DNA from: an uncultured Syntrophus sp.
GTDB taxonomy: Bacteria; Desulfobacterota; Syntrophorhabdia; Syntrophorhabdales; Syntrophorhabdaceae
Assembly: GCA_964472475.1 (NCBI GenBank)
Contig: CAYYLU010000003.1
Location: forward strand, 1 to 59,943
Direction of reading: 5' to 3'
DNA: 59,943 nucleotides
The notes under the pieces were generated by a model. It was not told the DNA's origin, searched no databases, and was given only the letters and a program-made list of their open reading frames with translations. A program made the position numbers and the translations under genes. This document shows, one piece after another, positions 44,118 to 52,420 of the stretch (positions are counted from its first letter, which is position 1; each line of letters opens with the position of its first letter).

Positions 44118-46097
44118 CTAATTTCTTCTCAGAAGGATGTTCTCCCTCTGGTGCTCGAGAACGTTCTTGATGAATGATTTAAATTCCACGTAATCCGTTG
44201 ACGGAATCCTTTTCTTTTTCAAAACGAAATGGCTTTTGATCTGAATTGAGTTCTCAGATGTGCTCACGGTAGACGTGTATTCGCCGAAGCGGGTTTGTAG
44301 TGTTCGTGATTCAGGGAGATATTGCACAGCAATACCTTCGGGCAGCCTCACCGTGATGTCAGTGAATGTGTTGATCAGTCTCGCAATTTCGATATCCGTC
44401 TTCCTGGTGTTTGTCGAAATCATTATCGAAAGAGTATTATCACTGCTCCCGGGAGTAAGACCTTGAATCGTATAGAAGTCTCCCATCTTCTTAAGCGCAT
44501 TCTCAACTACCATAGTCAGGTCCGTAACAAGCTGCTCTCTTTCTTTATCATGGCCTTTTTTCACATCTATAGATTCGACATTAGTTTCACCAAAACGTGA
44601 TGACATAAGACGGGCCATGTTTTGCTTGATCTTATCTGTGGATACCCCCTCAAACGCTCTTGCGAGATCGCTGCTGCCGTCAACCACCGTCCTAAGGGTG
44701 ATTCTGGCCTTGCTCAAACTCATGATTTCCATTCTGATGGATGCATTTTGAGCTTCTTTGTCAGGGCCATCTGCGGGGATCAGAACAAAATCCCCCCCAT
44801 CTTCTCTTATAACCAGGCCATTGCGATGTTCGAGGTACTGCGGTGTATATCCGTATGGTGTTGTTGCGCTCGTGGGGTCAAGAAACCTGTAAAAGCCTCT
44901 ATATGGGATCGCGACGATGGCATGATTAAATGCCCTCGGAGTGGCTTCGGATTTATCAATAAGTGTCCTGGTATTCACAAGACAAATGTAAGAACGGATG
45001 CCGATACTTTTCAATAGCGAAATAAGCAGCGTCGATTTGTCCTTGCAGTCCCCGTACTGGTTCTTGAAAGTCGCAGTTGCCGCATGAGGTATTAACCTGT
45101 GCTGGTCAAGTGTAATTGAAACATATCTGATGTTTCTCACATAATCATACAATGCTTTGATCTTCTCCGGTTCATTCTTCATGCCTAGCGTCAGATCACG
45201 GGCTTTTGCCACGATATTGTGGTCAGGATTCACCATCTCTGCCGATTTACTATGGTACCATTGCGCTATACTGTTCCATGTTGATGGTGTAAGAAAAGAA
45301 ACATACTTTGAATTTTCAGGCAGCGGAACACTGAACAGTTCTCTCTCTTCCGGTCTGAGATTTGTGAACCTATATATGTATACGCCGTTTCCATTTTCAA
45401 GCCTATATTCCTTTCTTTGAATGTCGGCGGTACTCTTTTTGAGCCTGTCGCTTATTATGACGGGAGTCCCTGATTCTATTTCGATCACCGAAATACTTTC
45501 TTTGACTGGTCTGCTGACACTCATACTGATATTTTCGTGAATGAATCCACTTTCTTCGGTAGGTCTTGACGTTTTTCTATAAGCTATCCTTACGACTGCA
45601 CCGTCTTCCAGACCTTTTATACTAAGACTCTTTACTTTCAAATCTGAGTACACGAGGCCTGTAAAAGGCGATTTCTCAATCACTGCCGTAATGTCAGATT
45701 CGGTTTCTGCCCCGGAGTGTGTGTAGACTGCCGCCTTCAGAATGGAAGCGCTTTCCCGTGAACTGTCGAATATGATATTCGGTTCACCGATCACCTGCTT
45801 CACGTCCGGGGAATTTGCCTTCTGCGCTATATCGTAATATGTGTCTGTACTTCCATCTCTATGAATGTACGAATATGTATGACTGTAGACTACTTCTGAT
45901 TTGAACCCTTCTTTAAGGGTATTCGGCTCGTTCAGATTCTTTCTTATCAACTGTCTTTTGTTTTCTTCACTGAATTCTTTATAGACATCCTTGAATTTAG
46001 CTTCTGTGAAACCTGACATATCGTAACCGTAGGTCGTCGTTCCGGCAAAAAATACGAGCCACAGAGAGACACAGATGGACGCCGTTACAAACCTCAT
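44118..46097 (-). CDS. Secreted transglutaminase-like cysteine protease-fold protein (DUF3857/transglutaminase/DUF3858-like architecture)
   Basis: The signal peptide begins at the ATG at 46097. The core YGDCKDKSTLLISLLKSIGI carries the transglutaminase-core Cys, with ...HAIV downstream. The ORF is open to 46190. Confidence 0.75.
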   Translation of the reverse strand: MRFVTASICVSLWLVFFAGTTTYGYDMSGFTEAKFKDVYKEFSEENKRQLIRKNLNEPNTLKEGFKSEVVYSHTYSYIHRDGSTDTYYDIAQKANSPDVKQVIGEPNIIFDSSRESASILKAAVYTHSGAETESDITAVIEKSPFTGLVYSDLKVKSLSIKGLEDGAVVRIAYRKTSRPTEESGFIHENISMSVSRPVKESISVIEIESGTPVIISDRLKKSTADIQRKEYRLENGNGVYIYRFTNLRPEERELFSVPLPENSKYVSFLTPSTWNSIAQWYHSKSAEMVNPDHNIVAKARDLTLGMKNEPEKIKALYDYVRNIRYVSITLDQHRLIPHAATATFKNQYGDCKDKSTLLISLLKSIGIRSYICLVNTRTLIDKSEATPRAFNHAIVAIPYRGFYRFLDPTSATTPYGYTPQYLEHRNGLVIREDGGDFVLIPADGPDKEAQNASIRMEIMSLSKARITLRTVVDGSSDLARAFEGVSTDKIKQNMARLMSSRFGETNVESIDVKKGHDKEREQLVTDLTMVVENALKKMGDFYTIQGLTPGSSDNTLSIMISTNTRKTDIEIARLINTFTDITVRLPEGIAVQYLPESRTLQTRFGEYTSTVSTSENSIQIKSHFVLKKKRIPSTDYVEFKSFIKNVLEHQRENILLRRN

Positions 46098-46427
46098 TGT
46101 TGAACGCCCGGGACTCATCAAAGAACATCGTCTCATTGCCATGGATACCTTCACCTGCCGGATTTGACATTTACGCGAGAGCAGAGCCAATTCTCTATTC
46201 TCCTATTTTCCCGTGTTGTTTGCAAATTCCTGCAAGCCTACCAGAGTCTTTCGCCTCATTCGGCAGAATGGAAACGGAGTTATATACTTTGTATCGGCGC
46301 CTGATGACACTTGACTCACGACACCGGTAAAAGTAGAATAATCACGTCTGTCGTCCTCAATGAGGGAATCTCGAAATCGTGGAGATAACCTGCATCATCG
46401 ATCTGGAACAGACGAAAGTGGTGAAAC

Positions 46428-46634
46428 ATGACAAAATTATCATGCCCGGTATCGGGCAAGGCGTGTATTGAATGCGGGCTTTTCAGAGGCCGCCATGTTC
46501 ATTGTTCTTTTTTCAAGAGAAATCTTGAGATAGACCTGCCGCTCGAGGAAATTGAGCGACGGCGCAGAGAGTCAGAGAAGGAGCTTACTGCGGAAAGGGT
46601 CTGGGATATAATGAGGACGCCGAAGAAGAAATAA
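46428..46634 (+). CDS. Hypothetical 68-aa Cys-containing basic protein
   Basis: ORF only: CPVSGKACIECG...HVHC followed by a charged helical tail. Weak ribosome-binding site. Confidence 0.4.
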   Translation: MTKLSCPVSGKACIECGLFRGRHVHCSFFKRNLEIDLPLEEIERRRRESEKELTAERVWDIMRTPKKK

Positions 46635-46716
46635 CTATTTCCAATTTATCTGAAGGACATGGACCGGGTACAGAAATCTCAATAACGTTCTCCCGGAGCT
46701 TCCAGACTCAGGGAAG

Positions 46717-47175
46717 CTATGCCAGGGATGATTCGATTCTCCGTTCCAGTTCTCTTCTCGATAGCGCACCTACTGCTTTATCGGTGACAGCACCGTTCCG
46801 GTAAAAATAGATCGCCGGTACCCCACGAATATTGTGCTGTGCGGCAGTCCTCGGGGACTTGTCGACATTCACCCGTACGAACTTCACCTTACCTGAGTAC
46901 CTGGAGGCCAGTTCATCCAGAACCGGTGCCTGAGAGCGGCAGTGGCCTCACCAAGGTGCTGTGAATTCTACGAGGACAGGTCCGGCAAAATTGATTACCT
47001 CCGATGCAAAATTGCTGTCAGAGATCTCAACAGGCCCGTTATCATGAGACGGGGGCATCGGGAGCCTGTTTCCACACCTTCCACAGATACCCTGTTTAGC
47101 TACCTTGCCAGCCGGGATCCTGTTTTTTGTTCCGCAATTGGGGCACCGTATTATTATGCCTTCATCCATGATCAC
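46717..47175 (-). CDS. trxC: Thioredoxin, Trx2 type (N-terminal zinc finger), with in-frame UGA (predicted Sec) at the first active-site position: W-U-G-H-C
   Basis: ORF 46948..47175 ends ...PVLVEFTAPW then TGA (46948..46950). The same frame continues GHCRSQAPVLDELASRYSGKVKFVRVNVDKSPRTAAQHNIRGVPAIYFYRNGAVTDKAVGALSRRELERRIESSLA to TAG (46717..46719). This is collinear with E. coli Trx/TrxC around WCGPC. The N-terminus carries CPNCG...CGRCG. Confidence 0.8.
46904..46947 (-). promoter_or_regulatory. Candidate SECIS stem-loop immediately after the trx UGA
   Basis: On the minus strand GAGGCCA (46949..46943, overlapping the GA of the UGA) pairs with UGGCCUC (46910..46904). An inner UGCC-N7-GGCA hairpin lies within. 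Confidence 0.4.
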
Positions 47176-47299
47176 GTCCTGTTTTTCATGTCCACCATTA
47201 AATATAAAACTTTTTTCTCTATTTTCAACTACAAGGTGCCGGGACTGTAAGTAGACTCTATTGTGTGCTGTCTCTTTTGGCAGGTATGGATACGGCGAT

Positions 47300-47839
47300 C
47301 TATTCAGGATACCGCTTTATCCGTTCAATGGAAATCACTTCCGTCTGAGTCTTAAGGCAATACCTGTCTCTCATTGATTGAGCTGTTTCTTCCTGCGTTG
47401 CTTTCATTTCTTTGGTAAGCCCCAACGGGGCGGCAACGTAAGGGGCGACAGTTTTCAAAAGATCATTCACTTTGTCTATTCCTGTTGAAGCGTCGGAATT
47501 CAATGATATTGACTTTAGAGCTCCATTCTCATGAAACTCAATCTTAAATTCGCCTTTTCCAAGGAGCGCCGGTTCGAAGGCGACATAACTCTGTTCACCA
47601 AGGGCCTGATACTGAAATGTCGTATTTAAAGAAGGCTTACAGAATTCTTCGAATTCCTTCTTCCGCGGATCCACCATGTAACTTGTTCGCTCTGTGACCT
47701 TCACGAGTGTGGGTGTGTTAATGGGGATTCCTACAGATACGTTTTGTTTCGCGTCAAACGTTTTCAGCGAAGATGAGCACCCGGAGAAAAATACCAATAT
47801 CAGACTCAGAGTTATAGACACGGCCTGCAGCTTCTTCAT
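47300..47839 (-). CDS. Hypothetical lipoprotein
   Basis: Signal peptide with lipobox (VFFSGCSSS). 179 aa. No recognisable domain. Confidence 0.7.
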   Translation of the reverse strand: MKKLQAVSITLSLILVFFSGCSSSLKTFDAKQNVSVGIPINTPTLVKVTERTSYMVDPRKKEFEEFCKPSLNTTFQYQALGEQSYVAFEPALLGKGEFKIEFHENGALKSISLNSDASTGIDKVNDLLKTVAPYVAAPLGLTKEMKATQEETAQSMRDRYCLKTQTEVISIERIKRYPE

Positions 47840-48529
47840 AATTGTGCTCCTGTACGAAGTAATTGTTTTGTTATGGACAAAGGTGACAGAAAATCCTATT
47901 TTCTCACGTACGTACGATCATTTCAATAGTATCCTTAGAATGCATGTTGATTTGTTCATTCTCCCTTTTTTCCACCGTACCGATTCTATGAGGCGTGCCT
48001 TAAACTTTGAAGTCTCCGAAGCGCCACATTCACAAAAGCGGTTATATCGACAGGAAAGTGAATGGAAATGCGATTTCCATCTTCGACTGCTTCTTGATGG
48101 ACAAATTCGACCCCCGCGTTTATCACATCCTGTATGCTCGGCTTCGCCGGCTATTCTCCATTCTCAAAGGACGCCAACGGTAATAAGCAGCTGAGGTCTG
48201 TGACAGATCACAAACACAGGTTTTCTGCTCTTCACGAATTCTCCGGTAAAAGAGCATAGCGTTGGAATCTGCCCTGAGATGGTCGGGTGAAAATCGTCTC
48301 TGACTGTTGTTCTGTCTGTCCCGCAGCCGAACTGGATCAAAAGGTAGGAAGTACCCTGCTGCAGGACTGAAAGATATGCAGGCTACACCCTTCATTGCGG
48401 AGGTGCCAAATATTCAACTGACGGCTAACCTGTCGTTATTGCAGCTAACGTGAATAGGGGTACAAATGGTACGCTTATTGCGACATTATGATCGTTGTCT
48501 AACTGTAATGGTAAGAGAGGGAGGTCCAC

Positions 48530-48775
48530 GTGGTCGGTATGTTTAAGAATTCCCAGCTTTATCTTGAATTGAGGCCACACTGCCCGAAGTGTAAGAAAGA
48601 ATTCATGATGGATCTGAAGAAATTCCAGCCGGGACGGACACATGTGTGTCACTGTTGTGGAATGGTAACTCAATTTGATTCGCAGCTTGCGGAACACGTC
48701 CAAAAACTAATCCATGATTTCGAAGCATCGGTGTGCTCAGTTTATGCGAGTATCGGCTCAGCCAAAATGAAATAA
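48530..48775 (+). CDS. Hypothetical 81-aa zinc-ribbon protein
   Basis: CPKCK...CHCCG. GGGAGG lies ~15 nt upstream of the GTG at 48530. Confidence 0.45.
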   Translation: MVGMFKNSQLYLELRPHCPKCKKEFMMDLKKFQPGRTHVCHCCGMVTQFDSQLAEHVQKLIHDFEASVCSVYASIGSAKMK

Positions 48776-48872
48776 GCATGTTGTACATGCGATGAATCCG
48801 GCGAGTTGTTCCGGACTTTGCCGGATTCATAGACATCCCGGGTTTCTTAAGACCGGTTGCTTAGTTGCTCTA

Positions 48873-49802
48873 CTACTGAACCCTGAAATGGTCAGGCTTT
48901 CCGTTGTTTAGAGAGTTCTTGATCAAGACTCTACAAAGATCATACATTACCTTAAAGGGCTGAATATCTGTCAGACTATCGACAAATCGTGCACCCTCCA
49001 TTGCTATTTCATCGGCCTTCATGCCGCTTTCCAGCCGCTCTTTGATGGAGTTATGATACGTTTCTGTTGCCTTCATGGCTTTCATGAGGTGAGCATCAAC
49101 TTCGCCGAAAGGAATCAGACCATTATGGCTAAGCACTGCCATGTTTGCTTTCAAGGCAAGAAGTTTACGTATGCTGTCACAGTACTCATCGAGAGAACTG
49201 AAATAATTCGGCCAGATTGTGTTTTTCTCCGGTACGCAGAATCCGGTGCTGTCGCCAAGTGCGAGAATTCTCTTGCTCTCCTCGAAGAAGCAAAGGTGAC
49301 AGGGTGAATGCCCCGGAGTTTCGTAAACACTCCACATGACGCCATCACCAAGATCTATGCGATCCCCTTCACCGATGGTCCTATCAACATTAAAAGAATA
49401 TGTCTCCACGCGCCCCGGCAATGATTTGATGATAGACTTCGCCTTCATTAATTGAGCTATTCCAAGATCCGTCAATAAAAATTCACGGAAAAGTTCCGTT
49501 TTTTTCAGGGTCTTGGCACCCGTGGCACTGGACAGGAGTTTTATGTGAGGCCAATGGTTCTGAAAATGCGGAACCGCACCTATGTGGTCAGGGTGTGTGT
49601 GCGTCAATGCAATATACTTGATTCGTCCGGGGTCAACTCCCAATTTCAAAATCTGCTCCACCATAATCGAGAAGGTGGCACCCGTGCCGCCTTCGATCAA
49701 AAGGCCGTCCCTACCTAAAGAAAGATAGGAGGGAAAATCGGGCGTCCCTAATTGGTAGAATCCGGAAGCCAACTCAATGGGTTCGTGATGCCTGGTATTC
49801 AT
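48873..49802 (-). CDS. MBL-fold metallo-hydrolase
   Basis: The ATG at 49802 follows AAGGAG. HTHPDH motif. 309 aa. The ORF-track extension to 49925 runs through terminator hairpins. Confidence 0.8.
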   Translation of the reverse strand: MNTRHHEPIELASGFYQLGTPDFPSYLSLGRDGLLIEGGTGATFSIMVEQILKLGVDPGRIKYIALTHTHPDHIGAVPHFQNHWPHIKLLSSATGAKTLKKTELFREFLLTDLGIAQLMKAKSIIKSLPGRVETYSFNVDRTIGEGDRIDLGDGVMWSVYETPGHSPCHLCFFEESKRILALGDSTGFCVPEKNTIWPNYFSSLDEYCDSIRKLLALKANMAVLSHNGLIPFGEVDAHLMKAMKATETYHNSIKERLESGMKADEIAMEGARFVDSLTDIQPFKVMYDLCRVLIKNSLNNGKPDHFRVQ

Positions 49803-49859
49803 GATTTCTTTCTCCTTCAACTGGTTTCCTCTTTCATGAGGCTTTTGAGCCCTACTGAT

Positions 49860-49975
49860 AAAAAAAGCCACGGAAAACTCCCGTGGCCTCGAAATAAAAA
49901 AGCCATGGGAAGCTTTTAGGCTCACCCATGGCTTTGCTCTATACCGTCAGGCTAGAGGCATGGGTGAACCCTCCT
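49860..49975 (-). promoter_or_regulatory. Leader with a mini-ORF (AGGAGG-N8-AUG CCU CUA GCC UGA), mutually exclusive antiterminator/terminator pairing, and two tandem intrinsic terminators upstream of the MBL gene
   Basis: Minus-strand RNA: UCACCCAUG (49967..49959) can pair with CAUGGGUGA (49930..49922). The latter overlaps the 5' arm AGCCAUGGG (49933..49925) of terminator 1, whose 3' arm is CCCAUGGCU (49909..49901) followed by UUUUUAUUU. Terminator 2 is GCCACGG-N7-CCGUGGC (49887..49867) followed by UUUUUUU. Confidence 0.5.
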
Positions 49976-50049
49976 AAAGCTAAAAAAGAAGAAATTATTT
50001 AACTGGTTCATCATTGCCTCAGCAATAATCTCCACCATTTTTGCCGTAA

Positions 50050-50376
50050 TGTCAAGCTAAATATTCGCGATCTAGCCCCGAGATTCCTCTGGCCGTTGCG
50101 GCAGACTGAGGAGACATCGAAAGCGTGAGATTGTTACTTTCAAGAGGCGTTTCACCCGATGTGCCCGTGGACGAGGCACCGCCATTGTACTATGCGCTTA
50201 AAACCAAACACTATGAGATCGCGCGGCTACTGATAATCGCGAATTGCGATCTCAAACGCATCTATTGCCCGGCTGATAAAGGCTACACGATGGGCGATCT
50301 CACGATCTGGGCAAAGAGGCTGGAGCTCGCCAAAATCATCAGACTCAGCGGCGGAGTTTTCACCATATCAGAGTGA
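50050..50376 (+). pseudogene. Ankyrin-repeat gene remnant with an in-frame TGA and no start codon
   Basis: The frame reads ...PLAVAAD-TGA(50107)-GDIESVRLLLSRGVSPDV...PLYYALKTKHYEIARLLI, which is ankyrin-like periodicity. It is bounded upstream by TAA at 50047, with no ATG. Confidence 0.35.
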
Positions 50377-50472
50377 TGGTCGGAAAGGTGTTTGGTGTTC
50401 CGTGTCTGGTGTAAGAACCTCAATACCCCATTTCCTGGTTACCACGATTCACGAATTTCCGGTCCGGGGTAT

Positions 50473-51390
50473 CTACTCGAATTCTTCAAACTCTTCCGCT
50501 GAATAGAAAAGGTACATTTCTTTTACCCGTTCCCCATCTATGTCACCGCTGAGTATCGATTTTTCGGCGTTCAGCCGGAAAATATTCGCCTGCCTTTCGA
50601 ATTCCTCGAGTCTTTCGACAATTCCATTCTTGCGAATCATTGCCTTTACAGCATGGAACAACACATCACTGCCGTATATAAACACTCCTTCCTGGAGGAT
50701 CTTCATTGCGACCATATGGCTGAATTGATCAAATCGGACCTGTTCTTTTATGAGACTTAGCCGTTTAATCTTGTAATCCACTTCTTCATTGATGGATGGA
50801 TTTATAAGCATCCTGTACTTTTTCTGATAGATGATCTGGTCGAGGAGGTTCATGGAATCATCCGGAAACTCATCACTAACGATCGCAACAAGATCGATAT
50901 CAGATCCTTTCACCAGTTTTCCGGTACTTCGCTCGGGTCGGAGAACATCGTGCGCCATATCGTAAACGATGTCTCCGGCGATTATAAAGCAGACCGGATC
51001 TTGCGGGGGCTTATTCCTACAGAATTCGTCCATAATCTCGGATACCATCTGTCGGGCGAGTTCAAGTTTGAAACGACTTATTTCCCGGATACGAGTGGTT
51101 ACTTCCACACATTTCAGGTCCAGGGATGCCGTGTCTTCCGCAAGTCCCACCACAGAGTAGGTGAAGAATTCCCTGAGAATAGAAGGAGAGAGCCTGGCGT
51201 ATCCCTCTACGTGACGATCCAACCTTAGGTATCTCCTGCCCAGGTTTTTTGTTTTGAGTCGCGGCGAAGTGTTACATATCTTCCAGATCTGCAGACTATC
51301 TATATCGATTTCCTTCTTAATTTCAAGGCCGGTGAGTGGGCCTTTGAGCTTTATGAGATCAAATATAACGTCCTGTTCTCTTTCTGGCAT
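50473..51390 (-). CDS. Hypothetical protein with an N-terminal winged-helix-like region and a Pol-beta-type nucleotidyltransferase-like motif
   Basis: The GSDIDLVAIV motif is preceded by FIIAGDIVYD. The TTG at 51399 or the ATG at 51390 could be the start. Last gene of the amino-sugar operon. Confidence 0.55.
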   Translation of the reverse strand: MPEREQDVIFDLIKLKGPLTGLEIKKEIDIDSLQIWKICNTSPRLKTKNLGRRYLRLDRHVEGYARLSPSILREFFTYSVVGLAEDTASLDLKCVEVTTRIREISRFKLELARQMVSEIMDEFCRNKPPQDPVCFIIAGDIVYDMAHDVLRPERSTGKLVKGSDIDLVAIVSDEFPDDSMNLLDQIIYQKKYRMLINPSINEEVDYKIKRLSLIKEQVRFDQFSHMVAMKILQEGVFIYGSDVLFHAVKAMIRKNGIVERLEEFERQANIFRLNAEKSILSGDIDGERVKEMYLFYSAEEFEEFE

Positions 51391-51400
51391 TGGGGTCAAT

Positions 51401-52360
51401 CTACGTCCTGTCCTCGAGAGATATCTTCCTGCCCTTCAATTCTCCGGCACGGGAAAGCAAATCACGGGCCGCGATCTTGTCGAGCACGTACACAAGGTTA
51501 CCACCCTCAGCGGCGTACTTCTGCCCGTAGGAAATCGGGACTTCCGGAGTCATTCCGGACAGAAGTGAGCGGGTGACGGATTCAGCTTTTCTTTCACCAT
51601 TCGCGAGAAGCACCACAGTGCCGGCCTTATAGACAAGCTCTGCCCCCATCGAAATAGCATAGTTCGGACAATCTTTTGCGGATGGGAAATGACCATCGAT
51701 CACGGAATTCTTGATCGTATTATTGTCCAGCTTAACCAGCATTACCGAACTTCCCCTGAAAGGTATACCTGCTTCATGGAACGCCACGTGTCCGCGCCCT
51801 CCTACCCCGATCACCTGTAGATCAATTCCTCCGGCCTTCTTGATCTTGTTTGTATAACCGTCCAACACAATCTTTTTTACCCACGCAAGGTATTTTGATT
51901 CCGCTCGTGATTTGATCGAAATGGATTTCCCTGCATCTGTTCCCATATATGTCCAGTCGGATGGATACTTTTTCAATTCATTAATGAGGGTTTTTTGATC
52001 TATGAGTGATCCGTATGGCACATTTGTCTCTGTAAACTTCCTAGTTAACAAACTAAAGAATTCCTGAATCATGAAATAGCAATAACTTTCCGGGTGGACG
52101 ACGCGCTGTTGAGCGTTTTCTCCGGGGAGTCCAACGTACTCATCAAGGTTGAAACTCCTGATACGTCCGCTGTCGAACACGCCATCATTGGCTGCCTGCG
52201 CCAGATGTTTGTACATACCCGTCGGCGAATTTCCTGTCGCAAGACCTAAAATAACCTCTTTCTTTTTTCGCGAGAGCTCAACAATCCTTTTCGTCACAAT
52301 ATCCGATGCAACTTTGCTCATGTCGTCAAAATTATTTGTAACAACTACTCTTACGGGCAT
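51401..52360 (-). CDS. nagB: Glucosamine-6-phosphate deaminase/isomerase family protein (NagB-like, long form)
   Basis: GLATGNSP and GIDLQVIGVGGRGHVAFHEAG motifs. 319 aa. Confidence 0.75.
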   Translation of the reverse strand: MPVRVVVTNNFDDMSKVASDIVTKRIVELSRKKKEVILGLATGNSPTGMYKHLAQAANDGVFDSGRIRSFNLDEYVGLPGENAQQRVVHPESYCYFMIQEFFSLLTRKFTETNVPYGSLIDQKTLINELKKYPSDWTYMGTDAGKSISIKSRAESKYLAWVKKIVLDGYTNKIKKAGGIDLQVIGVGGRGHVAFHEAGIPFRGSSVMLVKLDNNTIKNSVIDGHFPSAKDCPNYAISMGAELVYKAGTVVLLANGERKAESVTRSLLSGMTPEVPISYGQKYAAEGGNLVYVLDKIAARDLLSRAGELKGRKISLEDRT

Positions 52361-52420
52361 CTGTGCCCTCCTTAGGCCGTTATTAACAACGCTGGTAATT
52401 CGGACCTTCCTGATTCTATT

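Noticed and set aside
49860-49933. The tandem hairpins upstream of the MBL gene as a mini-ykkC (guanidine-II) or other known small riboswitch
   Set aside because: The loops are not ACGR tetraloops. Both hairpins are followed by U-runs on the minus strand, so they behave as intrinsic terminators. No known aptamer core is recognisable.
50107-50109. TGA inside the ankyrin-like frame as selenocysteine
   Set aside because: The position is a variable surface residue of the repeat, not a redox Cys. The frame has no start codon and no obvious downstream hairpin. It looks like a pseudogene.
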